Origin: the human T2T-CHM13v2.0 reference genome, Homo sapiens
Length of the DNA stretch: 64,000 nucleotides
NCBI RefSeq assembly: GCF_009914755.1
Contig: NC_060930.1
Strand: one strand, 5' to 3'
Part shown: piece by piece, positions 14,003 to 26,312 of the stretch
How the letters are laid out: every line of letters begins with the position of its first letter
Position numbering within the stretch: position 1 is the first letter of the stretch
The notes under the pieces: model-generated
Seen by the model: only the letters and a program-made list of their open reading frames with translations
What the model was told of the DNA's origin: nothing
Database searches by the model: none
Made by a program: the position numbers and the translations under genes

Positions 14003-14192
14003 GTGATGATTCCTAGTTTGGATGACATTCAACAAGCCATTAACCGTATGATCCAGTTAACCCTGGAGGTCAGCAGAGGAGTGGCTCACTGGGGGCAACA
14101 GCAAATCCGTCCCATCAAGTCTGTCATTCCCAGCCCCACCACTACTGACGTGACCCATCAAAACACAGGAAAACTGCTGAAGAAGGAAGAAA
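14003..14192 (+). CDS. DNAH8: exon, 190 nt, VMIPSLDDIQQAINRM...KKEE
   Basis: ttctttccacag| acceptor, aa|gtaaga donor, phase 0 to 1. Confidence 0.92.
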
Positions 14193-14575
14193 GTAAGAAT
14201 GTAAAATTAGTCAATGATCTTACTGATCCTTTTTGGATTTGATAGCATATAGATTTTTAAATTATTTTATATGTTTGATACCTTTTGCATTTAAAAAATA
14301 GTATGTTTCATCTTAAACATAACGTGCAGGCATTTTTTCCTGGCTTTGGGTGGTGGGTGAAAAGGATTTTTAAATCACTTTTCTACTATGATGATCTTAA
14401 GTTAAAAATTAAAATAAACCTTAGCACTAATTTTACTTTCTGCATGATAGTAGGTTGGATAAACTTAAGGTAAACATAAATTCGTCACTTAAGTAGTTAT
14501 GAATATGATATGATAGTGACCCAAAATGTTATGAACATTTTTTTGACACTTCCTGTATAGAAAGAAACTGGTTTC

Positions 14576-15470
14576 TTTTTTATTTTATTTTATTTTGTTT
14601 TATTTTATTTTATTTTATTTTATTTTAGTTCTAGGGTACATGTGCAGGATGTGTAGGTTTGTTACATAGGTAAACATGTGCCATGGTGGTTTGCTGCACC
14701 TATCAACCCATCACATAGGTGTTAAGCAAGCATGCATTAGCTATTTTTCCTGATGCTCTCCCTCCCTTCACCCCCATCCCCCACCAACAGGCTCCAGTAT
14801 GTGTTGTTCCCCTCCCTATGTCAATGTGTTCACATTGTTCAGCTCCCACTTACAAGTGAGAACATGTAGTGTTTGGTTTTCTGTTCCTGCATTAGTTTGC
14901 CAAGGATAATGGCTTCCGGCTCCATCTATGTCCTTGCAAAGGACATGAACTCATTCTTTTTTTATGGCTGCATAATATTCCATGGTGTATATGTACCACA
15001 TTTTCTTTATGCAGTTTACCATTGATGGGCATTTGGGTTGATTCCATGTCTGCTATTGTGAATAGTGCTGCAATGAACATAGGCGTGCATGTATCCTTAT
15101 AATAGAATGATTTATATTCCTTCGGGTATATACCCAGTAATGGAATTGCTGGGTCAAATGGTATTTCTGGTTCTAGGTCTTTGAGGAATTGCCACACTGT
15201 CTTCTACAATGGTCGAACTAATTTACATTCCCACCAACAGTGTAAAAGCATTCCTATTTCTCCACAGCCTTGCCAGCATCTTTTGTTTCTTGACTTTTTA
15301 ATAATTGCCATTCTGTCTGGCATGAGATGGTATCTCACTGTGGTTTTGATTTGCATTTCTGTAATGATCACTGATGTTGAGCTTTTTTATATATATGTTT
15401 TTTGGCCACATGAGTGTCTTCTTTTGCAAAGTGTCTATTCATGTCCTTTGTCCATTTTCTGATGGGGTTG
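14576..15470 (-). mobile_element. L1PA 3' fragment with (TTTTA)n tail
   Basis: minus-strand ORF WQFLKDLEPEIPFDPAIPLLGIYP; TSD agaaactggt(t/c)tc. Confidence 0.93.
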
Positions 15471-15595
15471 AGAAACTGGTCTCTTCAACTGGTCTCTTTA
15501 ACTTTTTAATGGGGTTGAGAAACTGGTCTCAAAACTATGTCACTTCCACTGTGATGCAGGGAAAGGCAAATTGAAAATAACAAGATACCAGGTAA

Positions 15596-15903
15596 GGCCC
15601 AGTGTGGTGGCTCACGTCTGTAATCCCAACATTTTGGGAGGCCAAGGCAGGTGGATCATCTTAGGTCAGGAGTTTGATATCATCCTGGCCAACATGGCAA
15701 AACACTGTCTCTACTGAAAATACAAGAATATTAGCCGGGCATGGCGGCACACACCTGTAATCCTAGCTACTGGGGAGGCTGAGGCAGGAGAATCACTTGA
15801 ACCAGAGACAGAGGTTGCAGTGAGCTGAGATTGCACCACTGCACTACAGCCAGAGCAACAGAGGGAGACTCCATCTCCAAAAAACAAAAAACAAAAACAC
15901 CCC
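15596..15903 (+). mobile_element. AluS with TSD caagataccaggtaag
   Basis: full dimer; TSD at 15581 and 15904. Confidence 0.92.
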
Positions 15904-15929
15904 CAAGATACCAGGTAAGCTACACAACC

Positions 15930-16345
15930 AGGTGGCTCAGACCCCTATGGCACCTTTCTATGTTGCACTAACATTGCTTTCTCAGCTTACATCTGTGGTC
16001 TCATGGGGTGTTCCCTACAACCAGCTAATAAAGGATGAAAAATCTCAGGACTGGTCTATCTGAATTGGCTTGATGTGTTGGTGTCAGCTGAAAATGGACT
16101 TCTGTTTCACTACAGCCCACTCAGGAGTGGCCCTAAAGGAGAGTGAAAAGGGGAATTCCCCCCAGAGGGCAGAGCTTCAAGTAGTATACCTTTTTTATAA
16201 GGAGAGTGGTCTGAAGCAAAGATATACATGGACTCTTGGGCAGTGACGAATGGCTGGACTGATCATTCAGGACCTAGAAAGAGCAACTTTGGAAAATCAG
16301 AGGCAAGAAGAGCTAGGGAAAAAGCATGTGGATGTATCTATGAAT
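15930..16345 (+). mobile_element. ERVL-class internal fragment (pol, RNase H region)
   Basis: degenerate WGVPYNQL, RAELQVV and IYMDSWAVTNG motifs. Confidence 0.7.
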
Positions 16346-16386
16346 TTACATAAAATACCTGGGAAGATAAATATTAGTTCCTTCAA

Positions 16387-16672
16387 GGGCTGATCATGAT
16401 CTTGAAAGACACAATCCAATGCCATAATCTCAAATGTTGAAATCCCAAAAGATCAAAATCCAAAAAATATAATTCTGGAAAAAATAATTATTATTTTAAT
16501 AAACAGTTCTTTTAAATATATTTATTTACATTTTTAAAGGGGGATTTGATTTTCAGAATTTTAGACATGGATTTTATACTTTCGGGATTTAGATTTTAGG
16601 GATTTTGAGCTTTTGGGATTTCTGAGATTATGGTGTTTGGGATTGTGTTTTCTGAGATTATGAATCAAACCC
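16387..16672. mobile_element. Ricksha-like (MULE/MuDR) non-autonomous DNA transposon with long imperfect TIRs
   Basis: left arm gacacaatccaatgccataatctc...aaatcccaaaag; right arm cttttgggatttc..gagattatggtgtttgggattgtgt. Confidence 0.7.
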
Positions 16673-18029
16673 AGTTCTTTCTTCAGAGAGGTTAAATAAT
16701 TTTTCCAAAGTCACAAACCTAATAAGAGGGCTGGGAATTAATCCATACAAGAAGATCAGTATCTAATTTTTTTATGTTTAGTCCAATGTTTGCCATTATT
16801 CTTTATTCTCTCCCTAGTCCATTCTATATATTTTTCTATTATTGTAGCAGGCTAAACATAAAACTATAAATTGTTAGATGCAAAAATCTCCTTGGACTTA
16901 TCAACAATCTTGCAAATAAGAATTCTATTATCTGCAAAATTATCAACCAAGTACGATGTAAATAGACATTTTCAGACATGCAGTGTCTTTTAAAATGTAC
17001 CATCAACACATGCTTTTCCATAAAGTTACTGAAGGTTGTAGTCTTCCAAAATAAGAAAGCAAAAGCAAAAGCAAAAAAAAAAAAAAAAAAAAGAAGATAT
17101 GGGATATTGGAAACAGGAATAAAACACAGCAGACAGGTGAAGGGAATTTCAAGGTGAATGTTGAAGGGTGATTGTGCAGTGATAGTTATGTTCTAAGCAT
17201 AGAGGGCAACCAGTGTGACTTAGGAAACAGGTGAGTTTTGACTGCTCTCAACAAATGCTGGATGCCGTTATATATACTGTCTTTTAACTTAAAGGCAGAA
17301 TGCCTGGGTAAACCTGGTCTGTATTCTTGTCTGGACTTTCTTATTCTCACCATGTGCTGATGAAGTTGTTGCTCTACACTCATTGCTCTGGGTCAGCTGA
17401 GGAAACTTATTCATTCCTCAGAAGCGTTCTGCCTTGACCAACTACTGAGAACTGGAGGCAGGTAATTGTGATATAAGGAAATAGAGATTAGCTCACTATC
17501 CTGGCCATTTTCTTGCTGGACATTTATTACTCGGCTCACAAACACAGTGCTGCCAGATGCCCTGATTGTCATGACACATATATTTTCTAGGACTTATTTA
17601 TGATCCTGCCCCATAGCTTCCCCCACAAAGGGCTTTTGTAAACTTGTAGAAAAGATGAAGCCAGACCAGTCCCAGAGACTCTTTTCTTGTAGGAGCCTTC
17701 GTCTCACATGAACAATTAATGTTCTTTCCTTTATGGCTAGTTTTGTGCTTACTGCTCAGCTTTTAAAAGGTGTTTAGGGATAAACATGTTGGTTTATTGT
17801 AAAGTTTATCTTCAAAGAAAATTCAGGATAATGGTTGCCTCTGGGGGTAAGGGCAGGGAATGGGATTAGAGAGGTACCTAGAGAGGACTAATCTATTGGT
17901 AACATTCTATTCTTAACTTGGTGGTGAGTACATTGGAATTCATTTTTCTTCTTATTTAATATACATTTTACCTATTTCTTGTGTTTTATATATGTTTCTG
18001 TAAGTATATTTCACTTACCCACACATAGA

Positions 18030-20100
18030 CTTAAATACAGCCTCCTATCAAACTAGGAATAAGACAGATTTTCCAATAATGTCATCTGTAAAAATATTTA
18101 GAAGTATTGCATTATCAATAAAATGAAGAATAAAGAAGGAAGCCCACTATTATCATTTTTATTTGATAGTTTACTAGAGATCTTCATTATGAAATAAGAC
18201 AAGAAAAAATGAGAAGAATTGGAGAGGAAGACTGAGATTGTCCTTATTTAAAGATTATATATAGAAAATCCAGGAAATCTAGAAATAATTGTTACAACCA
18301 ATAAGTTCAGTAATGTTTATGTATAAAAGATCAACATACAAAACCCCCAGTATTTTTACATTTACCAGTAATACAATTAATGTATAATAGAAACACAGAT
18401 TTTTTTTATTAGCCACAAACCATAAGGTATTTAACAAATAAATGTAAAAAAAATTTGCACAGCATTTTTGGAGAAAATATTACTGAATGAGATAATGGAA
18501 GACAAGAATAAGTCCACATCATGAAGAAGTCAATTCTTTGATTAATCTATAAATGTAATACAATTCCAAAGAAATCATAATAGATTTTTTTCTGTTGTCA
18601 ACTTGATTTATAAATTTGATTGTAAAATTATATAGAAGTGAAAAGAGTTAAAAATAGCTGAGAAAAATTGGTGTTGAAGAAAAGCAAGGTAGGGGGTCCT
18701 GCCCTGCCAAATAGCAAGGAGTGTTACAAAGCCAGGCTAATGAGGACCGTCTTTTAGTGATCCAAAGATAGATAACATACAGCAGAACAGGACAGAGGGT
18801 GCAGAAATACTCATGTTTATGAAAATATATGGTATAGGTGGATTTACAAATCAGTGGAGAAAGAATGTACTATTTAATAAATGTGGCTAAGGATTTGTTT
18901 CCATGTGGAAAAAACTTACAGTAGTATCTTGAATTAGATACACATCATACCCGCTATTCTATATCCTATAACACTATTCCATCTATTTTACAACACTTTT
19001 AGAATAAAACAGCACAATATATTTAAACCACCAGGGTAGGGAAGGATTCTCAAGACATACAAAGCTCAAACCATAGAAGAAAAGATGTTTAAATTTGACT
19101 TCTTTATATCTAAAAACATCTTTAAAGGACTCTTAAATTTAAATGACCATGCTGAAGTCCATAATAAAATGTTAGCAAACTGAATCCAGCAGTGTATAAA
19201 AAGTGTTGTATAGTTTGACCAAATGAGGTTTATCCCATAAAAGCAAGGTTGGTTTAACATCCTAAAATACACCATATGAATAGAATAAAGGGAAAAAACT
19301 CATGATTATCTCAATAGACATAGAAAAAATATTTGACAAAATCCAATACCCTTTCATGATAAACATGCTCAGCAATCTGGGAATAGAATTGAACTTCTTC
19401 AACCTTATAAAAGGCATCATACTTAATGTTGAAAGCCTGAATTTTTTCCCCCTAAGATTAGGAACAAGTCAAGAATACTAGCTCTTACCACATCTACTCG
19501 ACATTATAGTGGAAATTCTATCAAGTGGATTAAGATAAGTGAACTAAATTGAAGATACACAGATGGGAAGGGAAAAAGTTAAACCATCTTTATTAGCAGA
19601 TGATATGATTTTGTATGTAAAAATAACCTAAGGAATCAACCCTCACACACACAAAAAAACCCCATTAGAACTAATAAATGAATTCAGTAAGACTGCAGGA
19701 TACAGGATTAATATACAGATATCAACTATATTTCTAAATATTAGCAATGAACCATCTGAAAATGAAATAAAACAATTTAATGCACAAAAGCAAGGAAGAA
19801 TAAAATACATTTAACAGAAGTATAAGGTCTGTACACTGAAACTGCAAAACATTGCTGAAAGTTATTCTATGAAGAGATACATCATGCTCATGGGTTGGAA
19901 GATCTAATATTATTAAACTGGCAGTTCTTCCCAAATTGATCTACAGATTTTATACAATCTCTATCAAAATCCCAGAAGACTTTTTTTGCGGAAGAAATTG
20001 ATAAGATGATCCTAAAATTTGAATAGAGAATAGGGGAATTCAAAGGACCTATAATGGCCAAAAAAATTTTGAAAAAGAACAAAACTGGAGAACTTACCAC
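18030..20100 (+). mobile_element. old L1M ORF2 fragments
   Basis: catgattatctcaataga..gaaaaaatatttgacaaaatccaataccctttcatgat, gcagatgatatgattttgtat (ADDMIL). Confidence 0.8.
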
Positions 20101-20107
20101 TACTTGG

Positions 20108-20400
20108 TTTTATTTATTTAGAGATGGGGTCCCACTCTGTTGCCCAGGCTGGAGTGAGGTGGTGCAACCTCAGCTTACTGCAGCCTCTGCCTTCTTGGCT
20201 GAAGCAATCCTCCCCTTTCAGCCTCCGAGTAGATGGGACTACCGGCACGTGCCACCATGCTCAGCTAATTTTTGTATTATTGTGGAGATAGGATTTTGCC
20301 ATGTTGCCCAGGCTGGTCACGAAATCTTGGACTCAAACGATCTCCCCGCCTGGGCTTCCCAAAGTGCTGGGATTCTAGGCATGAACCACTGTGCCCAGCC
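20108..20400 (-). mobile_element. AluJ
   Basis: antisense dimer. Confidence 0.9.
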
Positions 20401-20845
20401 AGCTGGAGTCAAAATTTATCTTCAAAAGATGTATTTTCAAGTTAGCCCTCATTATTAGAACTGATGCTTAGTCCACATGTCTCCTGTCAGCCTGGCCACA
20501 ATTCTTGTATTTTGGATTCTTTTATCTCTATTTGAATATGCATATAGTGAATATACATATAGTGATACACAGGCCGATTCCTCCACTGGCCGTCAAACAG
20601 CTAAAACTATAGGTGAAATTCTCTTTTAGGTTACTGTGAGGAGGGGCTTATCTCTATTTGAATATGCATATAGTGATTCTTCACCAAGAATCTTTGGGAT
20701 CTAATTTCTTCAACCAGTTTATTTTAGGGTCATTTTTAGAGTAGGTGGATCTGCCTAGTTTTCAATTTGACACCCTAGAAAAATAAAAGCATTGGTGACT
20801 ATTGAAGACTGTATCAAACTGAACAGTCTAAGAAAACTACACAAA

Positions 20846-20939
20846 TACTGTATCAGTAAAAATACCAGGTTTAACAAGCAGGAAGCCAAGATGCCAGATG
20901 CTGAATATCTACAGCGCTGACCTTTAAACACCCCAGCAG
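20846..20939 (-). pseudogene. SNORA8: SNORA8 (ACA8)-like H/ACA snoRNA copy, 5'-truncated with internal deletion
   Basis: Reverse complement ctgctggggtgtttaaaggtcagcgctgtagatattcagcatctggcatc...tgcttgttaaacctggtatttttactgatACAgta matches my recollection of SNORA8; ACA box lies 3 nt from the 3' end. Confidence 0.75.
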
Positions 20940-21376
20940 AGGTTGTCTCATTTAATTCTCACAAGTATATCCACGAAGACTAAATACTTGGCCCAGGGTC
21001 ATTTGGATAATAAATGTAATGTCTCTCCTTGAACCACTGCGCTATTCCTCAGGGTGGAAATTTCAACGCTTTTAACCTTTTCTTAAAGGACTTTAACATT
21101 TTGGGGTGTTTTAATCAGTGTCTTTCAGTTATCCTCTCCGAATAACAGTTCTTCTAGATTAAAGAAATCTAGAGCTCAAAATCTGACACCATAGTTTAAT
21201 GAGAATACATGAAGATAGCAAGAGAATAGCTCTTAATTACTCAAAATAGCTCTTAGTTTCTTGGAGGGAGAATCTTTAAGAAAATACAGTTTGAAAAAGA
21301 ATCACAAATATTAAAACTGATAATATTTAAAGTTGAATATAGGAGTTATTTATAGTGTAAAAACATCTGTTTTCAG

Positions 21377-21573
21377 GATCTTTTGAAGAAGCTATTCCTG
21401 CGAGGAAGCTGAAGAATTTTTACCCGGGGGTAGCGGAGCACAAGGATATTTCTAAGTTGGTCCTGCTCCTTTCTTCCTCTGTAAATTCCCTAAGAAAGGC
21501 AGCTCATGAGGCCCTGCAGGACTTTCAGAAGTACAAGACTCTCTGGACAGAGGACCGCGATGTGAAAGTGAAG
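21377..21573 (+). CDS. DNAH8: exon, 197 nt, (R)SFEEAIPARKLKNFY...DVKVK
   Basis: tgttttcag| acceptor, aag|gtgtct donor, phase 1 to 0. Confidence 0.9.
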
Positions 21574-22100
21574 GTGTCTTTCTGCTACTTGTGATGTTGT
21601 TTGGGTTTTGTTTGTCTCTAATTCTTGAGGGTGGACCAGGAAAATATCAGGGATAATGACAGGAACCCATGAGCAGAGGCCAAGAATCTATAAATACCAA
21701 GCACCTGTCACCTTCTAGCTGGTGTAATTCTCACATGGACACACTGAGGCAATTGATATTACTGAGGCTCAGACAGATTTTGTTCAATTTCCTTAAACAA
21801 TTGAGTACCAATTATGTGCCACCACGGACTAGAGGCTAGGTATTCAAGGGTGCGTCACACTTATGTAGACCCAGCTGTATTTCGGTTAGAGACGCAAGGG
21901 AACTTTAGAACTCTGAATAACCATGCCCTGCAGACTGTGAAATTCCTCGCTTCCTGGTGGACACCCTATTTCTTACCCAGCCACTGGCCCCATTGCACAC
22001 ACAAGTGTAAATGTGTATGAGCAAATGCAATTTTCTAATGTAACTATGGTAAGATTTATACTGTTAAAAAATTAAAATATTGACTATTTTCTTACCACAG

Positions 22101-22227
22101 GAATTTTTGGCTAACAACCCCTCTCTGACTGAAATCAGATCAGAAATTCTACACTATGCTACTTTTGAACAGGAGATTGATGAGTTGAAGCCTATTATTG
22201 TTGTAGGAGCACTTGAATTACATACAG
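22101..22227 (+). CDS. DNAH8: exon, 127 nt, EFLANNPSLTEIRSEI...LELHT
   Basis: cttaccacag| acceptor, cag|gtattt donor, phase 0 to 1. Confidence 0.92.
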
Positions 22228-22405
22228 GTATTTTAAAAATGTTTATTATGTAAAGTATCTGTACTTTCACATGAAGTGTTACTTTATTTAGCAAGCAGTT
22301 ATTAAGTTATCTTGGTACAATAGTATTATACCAAGATATAATAATAATAATATACCAAGGTTATAATAATAGTATTATACCAAGATATATTATAATATTA
22401 TTATA

Positions 22406-22455
22406 CCATTAAAAGTAATGGCAAAAACTGCAATTACTTTTGCACCAACCTAATA
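22406..22455. mobile_element. partial MADE1 mariner MITE
   Basis: taatggcaaaaactgcaattacttttgcaccaacctaa followed by TA. Confidence 0.85.
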
Positions 22456-24569
22456 TAAATGTTAAATAGTTCTGGGCCATTGATATTCTTTATACACACA
22501 TCCGTAGACACACTACACAGGACGATTCCTCCACTGGCAGTCAAACAGCTAAAAGTATAGGTGAAATTCTCTTTTAGGTTACTGTAAGGAGGGGCTTGTA
22601 TACATGAGATGGGACTCAAACAGTTTGAAGTCTGCCAAGAAGTTGATCCATTTGGGATTAGAGTATCAAAGGATGAGGAGACAATCATTAATGCTTGAAA
22701 TAGAAAGATGACTTTATTGCTTGCTGTAGTGACAGAGAGCTGTACTGGTCAGGCACAGTGTACCTGGCAGGGCAGACTGCTAGTCTCATACAGGGTGTCT
22801 GGGCAGCATGGAGTTGAAGGACTGTGGACGTAGACAGGTTGACATCATCTGTAGAAGGATGCTTACTCAGGTGAGACTGTTGTAGGCTGATTGGCACTCA
22901 GAGGCGGGTTTATTGGAGTAAGTCTTTCTTGACTAGTTGACATTCAGAAGAAAGGGCCTGGCACTGATAGGGTTGTACACATATGAGAACTGATGTTGAC
23001 TTGGTCTATGGTTTGGGTTTAAAGCTGGTTGTGGTGGCTCATTGTTACCATGGTTACATAACAATCAGTCTTATCCTAAGTTTGTGGAAAGATTTTATTC
23101 TCAGACAATATTTGAATGAGGTATTTTACATCCATTATCCACCTTAAGTAGATTTTCAGGTCTGTTATCAAGAAGTTAATGTAACTGTGGCTCTTGAATT
23201 TGGCCACTTGGGTTACTTGACCTCTTTAATCTCCATTTCCTCTGCTGATGAAAATGACAGTATCCACCTCACGAAATGCTTTATATGAGACGCTTAGCAT
23301 AGTACCTGGCGTATGATTGATGTTGAATAAATATTAAATATTATTATTATATCTACCAAGGAAGTACTTGTGATTCTCTGAGGAAGAATCACAAGTACCA
23401 AAGAATTACAAGTACTTAAGGGGGACTATTTACCTGGAAATCAGAAACTATGCATCAGTGGCAATAATTACAAGAACTTCTGTAGCGTTTTGGAAACTGT
23501 ATCTATTATTTTTTAAAAGTTCACATTTGTCTCCTCATAATGGTTAGCACTATGATCCACAATACAAAAAGCAACTGTAGTATACAGACAGAGTGCGCTG
23601 GGGAGCTTGTTTTTGGAGAGTGGCATCTAAAAATGGAAGAGGTGATGGTAGTTATAAAGAGAGGGGAGGGTGGGCTGAATCCCTAAGGCCTGAGGGAAAA
23701 GGGTCCCCTAGGGGATCTCATGAGATATGATCTCACAGCCTCAATCACCAGACTGGCTGCATGGTTGTTCTTGGGCCACGCTTTCTCCTCAGCTCCACAG
23801 GCCTCTTAAGTTTAATGGTTGGAAGGCAAGAGCGGTGCAGCCATGTTTCAAGCTTGGCAGAATTGGGGAGTGTAGGGGTACTGAGAGGTAAAAGGGGAAG
23901 GATTGATAAGGCAGAGTTGACTAGTTAGAGCTGTTTTGTTTTCAAGAAATAGAAACACATTTGAGCTATGTTAAGGGAGAAAAGGTTTATCCCAGAATCC
24001 AGGGTGCAACTGAGCCTTCAGAATAGACCAGAATCAGGGACAGTATAGGAAGCTGAGGAAGTTCTTTCTCTATGCCTCTCGTTTCTTCTTCCCTCTGTGC
24101 ATGAGTTTTTCTGCTTCCCAGACTATGTGGCTCCTCCTCAAGCCTCATTTCAAACTCTCAAGAAAAGACTCTGATTGGTCCATAATATAGGTCATGTTGA
24201 CCTGGGACAACTGGCTAGGTCCAGGGTCCAGGGTCAGGGTAGACGGATACTCTGACCATGTGGATGATGTGGGGAGTAGAAAAGCAAGAAACCTGTGAAG
24301 TCATGGCTTGACACACAAAACAATAGATTTCACTCCACCTCATGGGATCTCTCGAGAAAAATGCGAGAATGAATGAGGGCCGCTAATGGGATGGTCAGAA
24401 GAAGTGCAAGGGTCACACAGAACAGTGATAGAACTAATTTCAAAAATGCTCCCCCATGGGCTGTGGTGTCAAACTCATGCACATTTCCACGGGGATACAT
24501 GCTCTGTGGGACAGGAATTAAGTCTTCAAAATCTAGTAACCTTATAGCACATGTAATTCATACTAACCA

Positions 24570-24626
24570 CATTTCAAATGTTCAAAAGCCACATGTGGTT
24601 AGTGACTACTGAATTGGACAGAGCAA
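24570..24626. mobile_element. MER3/MER33-type hAT terminus
   Basis: ccacatttcaaatgttcaaaagccacatgtggttagtgactactgaattggacag. Confidence 0.6.
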
Positions 24627-24694
24627 TTATAGATGCCCTTATAGTTTCAGAATGCCAGTTATATTCTAATTTAATTTCTTCTTGTCTTCATCAG

Positions 24695-24930
24695 AGCCGA
24701 TGAAATTGGCCTTATCCATCGAGGCCAAGGCATGGAAGATGTTACTCTGTCGATATCTGAATGAAGAATACAAAAAGAAAATGTCATACATGATAGCATT
24801 TATTAATGAATACTTGAAAAAGTTATCTAGACCTATTCGTGATTTAGATGATGTCAGATTTGCAATGGAAGCCTTGTCTTGCATACGTGATAATGAAATT
24901 CAAATGGACATGACTTTGGGACCAATTGAA
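24695..24930 (+). CDS. DNAH8: exon, 236 nt, (E)PMKLALSIEAKAW...LGPIE
   Basis: tcttcatcag| acceptor, gaa|gtaaga donor, phase 1 to 0; RPIRDLDDVRFAM motif. Confidence 0.93.
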
Positions 24931-25412
24931 GTAAGAAATGATTGCATTTTTTTTTCTTGGAATGCTTTTTTGTTTTTTAAAGAAATAGAGACACACTAAG
25001 AAAGTGATTCTTTAACATATTCATCTATTATGTAGCACAGTCTGCCTATTTCTCGTCTCTGATGTTGATGTCTTTGGGAGAATTTTGGCAATTATCAACA
25101 GTGAACAGTATACAAAAGACACTGTTGTAATACAAAGGAATGTTAATATATTAATAATGCTATAGTGGGGTAGGTAGTGTTTAATTTTTGATACTGGCAC
25201 CAACATTTTGTGGAAAGAAATAATTGTCCCTTGTCATGTCAATCCCAACATGTTAGGCAAGTTCTCCCAAGATCTTTGGCTTGCCTTAGAAACCAATTAT
25301 AGGTCTCACTCATGAACGGTGGTGTACCACAGGCAGTATGGCAGAAACAGTTCCCTCAGGCTCCATAGTAAACTGTTGGAACTTACATCAATGAAAGATG
25401 TTTTTAGGAAAC

Positions 25413-25900
25413 AGTATGAGTTTTCTATTGCTGCTATAACAAATCACCACCAACTTAATGGCTTAAAACAACACAGATCGTTTATTTTACAGTTCTAGAC
25501 ATCAGAAGTCCAAAAATGGATCTAATGGGGCTAACATCAAGATGTCAGCAGGGCCATGTTGCTCCTGGAGGCTCTAGGGGAGAATCCATTCCCTCCTTTT
25601 TCTAGCTTCTAGGGGCTGCCCACGTGTCTTGGCTCATGGTTGGTTCCCTTCTAGTGATGCCATCACTTCTACCCCCATTTCTGTCATTGTGTCTTCTCTC
25701 ACACCTACTTTCCTGCCACACTCTTTCTCTTATGTGGACTTTTGTGATTACATCAGGCCCGCCTGTTAATCCAGGGTAATCTCCCCATGGCAAGCTCCTT
25801 AACATAATCATATCTGCAAAGTCCCTTTTACCATATAAGGTAATATGTTCACAGACTTTGGGGATCAGGACTTGGATAGCCTTGGTGAGTTTGTCTATTA
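25413..25900 (-). mobile_element. MaLR LTR (MLT1C/D-like)
   Basis: gctgctataacaaatcaccac..ggcttaaaacaacac...tctgcaaagtcccttttaccatataaggta. Confidence 0.85.
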
Positions 25901-26269
25901 CTAATATTTAGAATGTTTTAGGACTAATATTATTTAGAATTTCTGATACATGGTGATAAAAATCAAGCTTTTGATTCTTTTTATTATTGGTTTTGTTGTC
26001 TATAAACAATGCACTGCCTCATTGCCTACAATATCTGGGGAATTGACACCACTACTGCCTCTTTATGGTACCCAATATTTATGACTGTTTTATGCTTTCT
26101 TGAACCCATTGAGAGTTTATACTCTTTGGTAGCTAATGAACTTTTTACTTTTACTGCTTTAAAAAAATCGTGGTATTTGGGGATTTTGGATGCTGACCAG
26201 CCAGACTTCAAGATATAATAAATTATTATATCAAATTTTCCCTGACTGCAGAAGCTTAATTCTTTACCA

Positions 26270-26272
<3 letters not shown>

Positions 26273-26311
<39 letters not shown>
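26273..26311. repeat. poly-T tract (39 nt)
   Basis: direct reading. Confidence 0.95.

Positions 26312-26312
<1 letters not shown>

Noticed and set aside
22675-23090. Possible old LTR (also 23905-24330)
   Set aside because: LTR-like composition, but I could not assign a family or termini with confidence
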